From NCBI GenBank assembly GCA_027923505.1, contig BROI01000015.1, positions 372,001 through 436,000 of the forward strand: a stretch of 64,000 nucleotides of DNA. The letters run 5' to 3'. Numbering within the stretch: the first letter of the stretch is position 1; each line of letters begins with the position of its first letter. Made by a program: the position numbers and the translations under genes. This DNA comes from Mayamaea pseudoterrestris (lineage: Eukaryota). Below the pieces are notes generated by a model, which searched no databases, had not been told where the DNA came from, and saw only the letters and a program-made list of their open reading frames with translations. Positions 56,805 to 64,000 of the stretch are shown in pieces.

Positions 56805-57198
56805 GGTTGCTAAGTTGCAAGTGATTTATCTTGTACGTGGAGAGGGTCCAATAGTACGTATCGATATTGAGCACCAAACAGGTTGATGAAGTTTCGCTCG
56901 TGTCACGCTCGTTCCATCTCTGGAACGGTTTGGCCGGTGTATAGGGTTGAGGCTACTCTTCATTGTCAAGTAGCTATGAGTAACCTTCCAAGCCTATTAC
57001 AATCCTCATCAACAGACATTACAATTGCAATAGGTACAGCTTGTAACCACCGCCGACATTGAGATAACAAAACGTGTACAGAAAGCGATACGATGGAGAT
57101 ACGGCTTGTTTGATACACACGGCGAAAGTTTCGACGGTCAAACGGATATCATTTATCAATTAGATAGCTCGACATATTCTTTTTACAAAACACTTTGC

Positions 57199-58554
57199 TT
57201 ACTCCTTCTTGACCTTGAGTCGAAAGAGCTCAATGTCCAATCGGTCGCATAATTGCCGAAGAACTGCGCGAATCCATATTGACATTCGAACAACATAATA
57301 CAATGTCGCCAATTGCCAAAGCAAATGCATGCCAGGCGGCTTCCACCTAGCATCCAAGGTGGACCACGCAGCAGCGCCCAATACAACCAAGGCATCCCCT
57401 TGCACCGACGCGTAAGCTTGCTTGGCCATGCTGAAAACGATCATCTTGATCGTTACCAAACACATGGCCAGACCAACCGAGAGTGAAATGAATCGCAATT
57501 CTGAATAAAGAATGTCGTGCGGCAAGAAGAATGGACAAAGTGCAATGGCTAACGGAGAAGCAAGCTTTAACAAGGCCGATCCTTGAAGCTGCCAAGTCGA
57601 TTTGCCATTCTTCTTCAAAGCCAAGTGCGCCAAGACGCGCTGAATACTCAGCAGCACCAACATTGTCATCATGGTGAACCAACCAAGGCAAAAGACATGC
57701 TTCGTTTGTAGGGTTTCGAATCCAAAGATTGGAAGCAAGACTGAATCTTTCACAAATCGCGGAATGGACAGAAACGGCAGTATCGTTTCAATGCTTGTCG
57801 AATAGAATAAACTCAAGTCACTCATAAAGAGCGCATTCAGAAAACTCGCCGCAGCCATGCCGTAACTCACTTCGGTCACTCCAATCTGCCCCGTCGCATG
57901 CGGCAAGACTCCAGTGTAGTATTCTTCCCACTGCGCCACAAAGAAACTAAACTGCAGCGTCGCCTGGAGCCCAAAGTACCAGGGCGCACCGCCGCCATGG
58001 TACTCCGTTGGCGCTCCACTTAGCTGCGCCCACGCTTGCACCATGCTCAAGTGCGCCAACAAGCACATGCAGTCGAGTCCATGGTCAAATAACTGTCCGA
58101 CTGGACTGCTGCTATTCGTGCGTCTGGCTTGCTTGCCGTCCATGCAGTCGAGTGTATAATAGGCGGCCAAGCACCAAGCATTCACCAACAACATCCAGGG
58201 CTGAAAGGGTGATTTTTCGTCACTTGCAGGAATGAGATTGGGCGCATAATACCAAATCATCAGATAGGCGAACAAACAATGAAAGCCTCCATACAGAGTG
58301 ACCAAATTTGGAGCGAGCGTGATCGGAAGAAGCTCCGTGAGTTTCGTCCAGATCGGATTCAGCGTCAGATCCAACATTGTGTAGGCGCCCGGCTGATACG
58401 CGTGAATCTTGATTTGCGTTGCTCCATCTTGCGTGAGAATGTTTCCCTTGCGAGTATGCGGCTCAAAGAACCAACGGTGGTGCAAATGCCAATCATAGGG
58501 GTTGACGTGCGGAACGTCATCGTCGCTGATGTTGTCGCTCGTAGTGGTCGACAT
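57199..58554 (-). CDS. Choline/ethanolamine phosphotransferase (CDP-alcohol phosphatidyltransferase, CEPT/AAPT family)
   Basis: LAPNLVTL; DCMDGKQARRTNSSSPVGQLFDHGLD signature; multiple TMs. Confidence 0.95.
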   Translation of the reverse strand: MSTTTSDNISDDDVPHVNPYDWHLHHRWFFEPHTRKGNILTQDGATQIKIHAYQPGAYTMLDLTLNPIWTKLTELLPITLAPNLVTLYGGFHCLFAYLMIWYYAPNLIPASDEKSPFQPWMLLVNAWCLAAYYTLDCMDGKQARRTNSSSPVGQLFDHGLDCMCLLAHLSMVQAWAQLSGAPTEYHGGGAPWYFGLQATLQFSFFVAQWEEYYTGVLPHATGQIGVTEVSYGMAAASFLNALFMSDLSLFYSTSIETILPFLSIPRFVKDSVLLPIFGFETLQTKHVFCLGWFTMMTMLVLLSIQRVLAHLALKKNGKSTWQLQGSALLKLASPLAIALCPFFLPHDILYSELRFISLSVGLAMCLVTIKMIVFSMAKQAYASVQGDALVVLGAAAWSTLDARWKPPGMHLLWQLATLYYVVRMSIWIRAVLRQLCDRLDIELFRLKVKKE

Positions 58555-58769
58555 GCTTTCTCGACAAGTAAACGTAGCGTCGTTTGACAGCACTAATAGT
58601 CGCAGGTCTTGAATGCAGCCTTCCCGGGAAAACTTGATGCAACCTTCAAGATGTCAAGGTGGACAGTCAACAGTAATGATGGACTCGGAAGGTTGATGGT
58701 CGGCCATTCCAAGAACGACGAAAGGGTCGTGACCAATAGTACAGCTGGTCCAGAATTGTACACAATAAG

Positions 58770-59076
58770 CCATAGTGCCAAAAACTTTGAAAATCAAAGT
58801 AATTGGCAGCACTCTCTCATGCACAGTCATTGAGCGTTGAAAATCAAAGTTATTGGCACTACTCTCTCACGGACAGTCATTGACTGTAAGCGTTGAAAAT
58901 CAAAGTTATTGGCAGTACTCTCTCATGCACAGTCAGTGACCGTTGAAAATCAAAGTTATTGGCACTACTCTCGCTCGGACAGTCATTAACTTTAAGCGTT
59001 GAAAATCAAAGTTTTTGGCACTACACTAAAAGGCAGAGTCATTGACCGTTGAAAATCTAAGTTTTTGGCACTATGG
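58770..59076. mobile_element. Putative MITE: 18-bp terminal inverted repeats enclosing alternating 50/56-bp tandem repeats
   Basis: CCATAGTGCCAAAAACTT (58770-58787) is the exact reverse complement of 59059-59076, with AG on both flanks. Internal units start at 58787, 58837, 58893, 58943, 58999 and 59049. Confidence 0.75.
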
Positions 59077-59972
59077 AGGATAATGTACATCATGAATATC
59101 AATTCATGAATACTACCGCGATGAATCCCACGAAGTTCTCATCCGCCGCACGCACAAAGCGTGAACATTCACAGCCCAATTTTTATACAGTAATGCTTGA
59201 TTGGAATAAGGAGACGAGTCTATTATTTGCATGATGCGATAATCTCTACAAATACTCGAGTACTCGGTTTGCTTCTTCTCTCCTGGCACTCGCTCGCTGC
59301 AAGCGGCGAACCTCAACAACTATCCGCAACACCAGCCGATACACCATGACTAATTCTCGACAACGACAAGACGACGACGAACAAGAACAATATACTCGTA
59401 ACTTCACGTGGACAACAACAATAACAATTAGGCCGTCGTCACACCGCAAAATCCGCTCCAAGTATCGAGTCGTGCCTTTCAGGCCGCTGCACCGCCCAAC
59501 GGAACGCCACTTCTGACAACCGATTGCATCAAGCAACTCAAGGGATCTTCGTTAATAAAGGAAAACAAGGCGTTTAAGAAGAAGGGGCCGCCACCTCGAT
59601 TTTGCCGCGAAGTTTCCAGTAGCAGTGGATTGGCGGGGAGTAGATCGAGTAGGCAGCATGCAATTTGCTTTCATCAAGGCTCGTCGCTGATCATGGTCAC
59701 TCAAAGAATAGATATAGATCCCTTTGCAATTCAGTGCTACCTTACCGGTAGTGTGTTCTTCGTGCAAATCTCCATGGCGTTTTAATAACCGGTTTTTGTT
59801 ACATCACCATGTCAAACGGGAATACCGGTCTACGGAAGCTGCATGTGCGGCCTATTTATAGTGCAGCCCATGCCCAAATCAAGACGCAGGCAATATGACA
59901 GCGTGTACATGTTTGCGGTAGTTTAGGGAATGATACGAAATGAATCTAGTATTGGTCAACTCTGATTTTCGT

Positions 59973-61124
59973 TTACAACCTCATCATGCCATTGACAAAG
60001 TCTCCAAACTGATCCAAGAGCCCACCACCTTCTCGAGCTTCAGTAATTCCATTTTCCAAATCGTAAATGTCTTCAACCTCCGGATTGGATGGGAGCCGAT
60101 TCATCGTCTTGATCAGCCGATAACCTCCACTTGCCGCCTCATCCTCTTGCCATACGGAGAACTCGCGCGGCCACTGTCTTGTCAGCGCTCCCCACGACAG
60201 TGTTCTCAAGTAATAGGCCGTCGGTAATTGATCCAGTAGCCGCTCGCGCAAGCGCCGACCAGCCAATCCGAAACCAGTGACACCCATGTCAACGAGCTTG
60301 GGATTCACAAAGACACTCACCCGCAGATTGAGAGCATTTGCTTCTGTTTTGGCTAGAATGTCCTCCACCGAGTCTGCTTCAGCGGCATTGGGACAAAAGA
60401 AGAAAATGATTTCATCCTTGGAGATGTCTTGAGACTGGACCCCGCCACAAGATGAGAATTGGCAGCAGGCTGGAACCTTGGCGTCAGCTCCAGATCCTAG
60501 CAACCAATCTCTTCGAGCAAGTGCTGCATTTCCTTCGTCCGGAAAATATATACGAGCGATTGGGCCATTCCATGGTTTGGTACCAACTGCAATCTCTGGA
60601 CTCGATGATGATGTGGAAACATTTGGTGCAAGTTCCTCGCGTTTGTCGCCCTCGGCAGCATATGGCTCCTGCGCGTCCAATTCAACTTGTCGCAGCTGCT
60701 CTGCTCGTAGTTTGGCTGCCTGCATGATTTCTTCCTGTCTTCGCTCCATAAGTCCAGGGATCAGTGCATAACAAGTTGCCGAAACATATTGCTGCATAAA
60801 TTCGGTTGACGTCTTGAGGAGACTGTACGTTTCATCACCGATACTTGTGTCAAAATCAATTCGACACCGACTAGTTGATTGCCCCATGGCTTCGTAGTAG
60901 GCCGCAGTCGCTTGAGCGGCGCGCTCTGCTGCGTCCTGCAGTGAGTCTGGAAGATCCGTGACGCCGATGTTTGCCGAAACGCTTGATGCGAGTCTCATGC
61001 TCATGGAGCTCACTGGCTGCGAATGCCGTGATATTTGAACAGTCGACTTGGACGAAAAGGCACTGCTGCTTCTCATTGCTACCAATAGGATCATTAATGA
61101 AAAGATCATTTTAGCAGTAACCAT
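59973..61124 (-). CDS. Plastid-targeted DUF1995 family protein
   Basis: SSA-F targeting motif; [26 protein letters not shown] and [12 protein letters not shown]. Confidence 0.85.
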   Translation of the reverse strand: MVTAKMIFSLMILLVAMRSSSAFSSKSTVQISRHSQPVSSMSMRLASSVSANIGVTDLPDSLQDAAERAAQATAAYYEAMGQSTSRCRIDFDTSIGDETYSLLKTSTEFMQQYVSATCYALIPGLMERRQEEIMQAAKLRAEQLRQVELDAQEPYAAEGDKREELAPNVSTSSSSPEIAVGTKPWNGPIARIYFPDEGNAALARRDWLLGSGADAKVPACCQFSSCGGVQSQDISKDEIIFFFCPNAAEADSVEDILAKTEANALNLRVSVFVNPKLVDMGVTGFGLAGRRLRERLLDQLPTAYYLRTLSWGALTRQWPREFSVWQEDEAASGGYRLIKTMNRLPSNPEVEDIYDLENGITEAREGGGLLDQFGDFVNGMMRL

Positions 61125-61353
61125 ATTATGAAGGAGCTAATGGGTGAGCGATGAACGATGAATGATGAATGGCATGCGGTCAAAGTTGATGTCTCATTGA
61201 ATATCTGACCGGTACACGCTTGGGCGTTCGACGTGGCAATTCATGCCGTTGAAATCGAATGCTGCCGAGTACTGTATGTATCGACGACCGCCCCGACCAC
61301 CATGGCATGACTGGCAATTCATGCATTGCCTTCCTCAAACAACGCTAAAAACC

Positions 61354-64000
61354 ATGCCTGATTCTGCTGGCAAGCTCAAGCGCAAGCGTACGCCAGACGA
61401 ATGCAAAGTGCGAGGTGAAAATGTCGCCAGTAGTGCAAGTACCGGTAGTAGCTCTAGTGACGATGATTGTGACGACACTGGAAACTCTTCGTCTTGTAAC
61501 GTTCCAAACGGTTCTTCTTCAATAACGTTAACAAACACATCAATTGCTGCATCTCCTGCAAATAAAAATAATACGAAGGAGGGTTGGCGCGTCAAGCTTT
61601 ATCGATTAAATACAGACGGAAGTTGGGACGACTGCGGAACTGGACGAATAACTTGCGCCTATCGCAACTCCAGCGCTTCCGACAAGCAGCAGCATGCGCA
61701 GGACAATACTGCAACGCCTACCATTGCTTCATCATCAAATCCAGATCAGTGGCTTTATCATGAGACTGGTGAAGCGACTCTGGTGGTCACGGCGGAGCCT
61801 CTCAAGCCCTCTGGCAGCGAAGTAACGTCTCAGCAACATCGTTTGCTGCTGCGGACGCGCATTTTACTTCGCGACGCTTACCAAAGACAGGGCGAGAACA
61901 TTATTACTTGGTGTGAACCCTTCTTCTCACTTGGTCGAAATGATAGCAATAATAACATTAGTAGTCATGCTGCTAATGTTGCGGATGGAGATGCAATGCG
62001 AACAGAAAAACATGGCAATGTTACAGGAGAAGCGACATCAACAAACACGAGTACAACAGGCGTCGACTTGGCGTTGTCCTTTCAAGACAATGAAGGCTGT
62101 CTCGACGTTTGGCGGCAGATTCAGGAGGTGCAGTCAAAGGCTGCCCGCATGATGCAAACCAAATCGGTTCAAGACTTGGCGGCTCAAGTGGCGGCCCAGC
62201 ATCACGCTGACTTGTGCCAGCAGCAGGAACGAGACATGCTACTTTGGAATAGCAATAGTAACACGAGCGATAACGACGAAAACGGCAATTCACAACATTC
62301 CTCGTCGCACGGAGGAAGCGAATCAAATCACCGAACATCGGAACTTTCAGTGGCATCGAGTGGAATGCATCATCAATCTTCATGGGCAGCAAATGCAGTA
62401 TCTATCGAGTCCGCCAATAGCAGCAGCAATCACAATGGCAATAACGGCAACTGCCTCTTGTCGTCATCATCACTTCCTCAGCCTCCAACGATTGCAAACT
62501 TGGAGGATGTGGCAGATTCGATTGCCACTCTGCAACACGTGCATCCGCAGCGGGAAGCGCTTGCCATGTGCATTGCCCAAGACGATTGTGCCTACTTGAC
62601 GCAATTATTGGAAATATTTGCAGCGACGGAAGCTAGAGGCAACTACAGCAAACTGGCGACGCTGGCAGCTTGCGTCAAGACGATTCTGCTGTTGAACGAG
62701 CCTGCCATTTTGGAATTGATTGTTACGGAAGCAACCCTATTTGAGCAAGTGTGCTCATGCTTGGAATACGATCCCGATTTACGGGAAAAGGCTAATCATC
62801 GATGGTTTTTGCGGGAGCGAGCGCGGTTTCGTACGGTGGTGCCCATGGAGGATGACGACCTGGTTGGCGCAATTCATCGAAGTTTTCGCGTCAGTTATCT
62901 GCGAGATACCCTGTTGCGACCCACCATGGATGAGTCGACTCTGAGCACGTTGACGAGTTTGCAAACGTTTACTCATGCGGACGTTGTCAAGGGCGTTACC
63001 ATGTCGCCAGGGACGGAGCTGGAAGGTGGGAGTTTATATGATTCGTATCTGGTAAGAGTCATTGATATGCTTTGCGCCGAGCTACATGCGATTTCCGCTA
63101 TGGAGTGGGCGCAACTCGAAACGCGACACGATGGAGAGTCAGCGAGTCACACAGCATTTACCTTGGATCCTTCCATTGTCTTCGACAAGTACGGGATCGG
63201 AGCGAGTCATACAAAGCAATATCTTGCACCACAGGATGGCTCGCTGGCGTCTAGAAAGATGAGAAGAAGGGGATGCTTATTGTTTCTGAAGGAACTTTTT
63301 ACCATGGTTCGAACTTCGTTGCAGCAAAGTGACAAGGATGATTTTATTTCCGTAATCTGCACCCTTGATATTGATCTTAACGAAGGCCGAGAAATTGCCG
63401 ACAACGTGTCGCAAACTAGTCAACAAGTTGAAGTCGGCAGCGTCGCGAGCACAACCAGGTCAGATCGTCTCGACGAAAAGCTTGATCAGGCTGTCAGTAT
63501 TGAACTTCACTCCTTACCTTCCCCGACAAACCTGCTTTCCATGTTGGGGAATGTGTTGGCCGATCCAGGAACCGAGTTGTCCGAAAAATGCGCTGCATTG
63601 GACATTCTTGCGGGAGTAGCTATGCACGATTCTTCTTTGATTCGTCGGCATTGTTTGGAGTTTCATACTTTGCGAACGAAGAGGCTACACGCAACGCTCG
63701 AGAATGTAAAAGAGTTGCCGTATCGACCCGTACCAAATGAACGAAACCAAGTTCTTTTTGTCTGTCCGCCGGACGACCTAATAATGGCGTTGCTCTACAC
63801 AGTGGCCGTGGAGAGAGATGCCGGCATGTTGCTTCAAGTTACGGAGGTTCTGCGGATCGTGCTTGACACTGACATGATGAATGATCAGGGTCCAGTCAAC
63901 GCCGGTGTTGGCGATGAAGCCGACGACCTTCCACATGGCCACGTGGGTCAACAGCCTCAGCCAAATCCTTTGCCAAGCCAACATTATCCCGGCTTATCAG
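61354..64000 (+). CDS. PPP4R3: Protein phosphatase 4 regulatory subunit 3 (PP4R3/SMEK/Psy2); 3' end outside the window
   Basis: ATG at 61354 in frame with [21 protein letters not shown], then [15 protein letters not shown] and [14 protein letters not shown] (EVH1-like), LEYDPDL and [12 protein letters not shown]. Missing from the ORF track because no stop is reached. Confidence 0.92.
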   Translation, partial: MPDSAGKLKRKRTPDECKVRGENVASSASTGSSSSDDDCDDTGNSSSCNVPNGSSSITLTNTSIAASPANKNNTKEGWRVKLYRLNTDGSWDDCGTGRITCAYRNSSASDKQQHAQDNTATPTIASSSNPDQWLYHETGEATLVVTAEPLKPSGSEVTSQQHRLLLRTRILLRDAYQRQGENIITWCEPFFSLGRNDSNNNISSHAANVADGDAMRTEKHGNVTGEATSTNTSTTGVDLALSFQDNEGCLDVWRQIQEVQSKAARMMQTKSVQDLAAQVAAQHHADLCQQQERDMLLWNSNSNTSDNDENGNSQHSSSHGGSESNHRTSELSVASSGMHHQSSWAANAVSIESANSSSNHNGNNGNCLLSSSSLPQPPTIANLEDVADSIATLQHVHPQREALAMCIAQDDCAYLTQLLEIFAATEARGNYSKLATLAACVKTILLLNEPAILELIVTEATLFEQVCSCLEYDPDLREKANHRWFLRERARFRTVVPMEDDDLVGAIHRSFRVSYLRDTLLRPTMDESTLSTLTSLQTFTHADVVKGVTMSPGTELEGGSLYDSYLVRVIDMLCAELHAISAMEWAQLETRHDGESASHTAFTLDPSIVFDKYGIGASHTKQYLAPQDGSLASRKMRRRGCLLFLKELFTMVRTSLQQSDKDDFISVICTLDIDLNEGREIADNVSQTSQQVEVGSVASTTRSDRLDEKLDQAVSIELHSLPSPTNLLSMLGNVLADPGTELSEKCAALDILAGVAMHDSSLIRRHCLEFHTLRTKRLHATLENVKELPYRPVPNERNQVLFVCPPDDLIMALLYTVAVERDAGMLLQVTEVLRIVLDTDMMNDQGPVNAGVGDEADDLPHGHVGQQPQPNPLPSQHYPGLS

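Noticed and set aside
58787..59072. CRISPR-like array (conserved core plus variable spacers)
   Set aside because: Spacers are variants of each other, the array is enclosed by TIRs, there are no cas genes and the context is eukaryotic.
59346..59516. 56-codon ORF (MTNSRQRQDDDEQ...)
   Set aside because: Short, partly microsatellite-like and without motifs; cannot be supported without expression data.

Overview
Eukaryotic nuclear DNA, most likely from a diatom (inferred, species not identified). Supporting signs are short GT-AG introns, signal peptides followed by AF/AW plastid-targeting motifs, a CHASE-cyclase-phosphodiesterase fusion and a diatom-like Copia element. Bases 63-7119 are a full-length Ty1/Copia LTR retrotransposon. 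It has identical 302-bp LTRs, a 5-bp target duplication (GACAG) and non-canonical AG...TA ends. Its gag ends in TGA-C in frame with a hydrophobic region upstream of the protease, suggesting stop-codon readthrough, and it carries many small indels. The rest is a compact array of about 25 genes: an NXPE-like SGNH protein, CHCHD2/Mix17, SOUL, a cyclophilin-like protein, a RING-H2 ligase, a receptor cyclase-PDE, two large disordered proteins, a tandem pair of multi-domain glycosyltransferases (GT23-GT23-GT15 and GT23-GT23), PDCD2, p24, a RAP protein, a multi-repeat SPFH protein, CEPT/AAPT, DUF1995 and PP4R3/SMEK (runs off the window end). Non-coding structure includes a 42-bp minisatellite rich in TGACGT sites in a divergent promoter, a 307-bp MITE-like element with alternating 50/56-bp internal repeats, CpG-poor patches and a P-type ATPase relic. 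All calls come from motif recognition by eye; no database searches were run.
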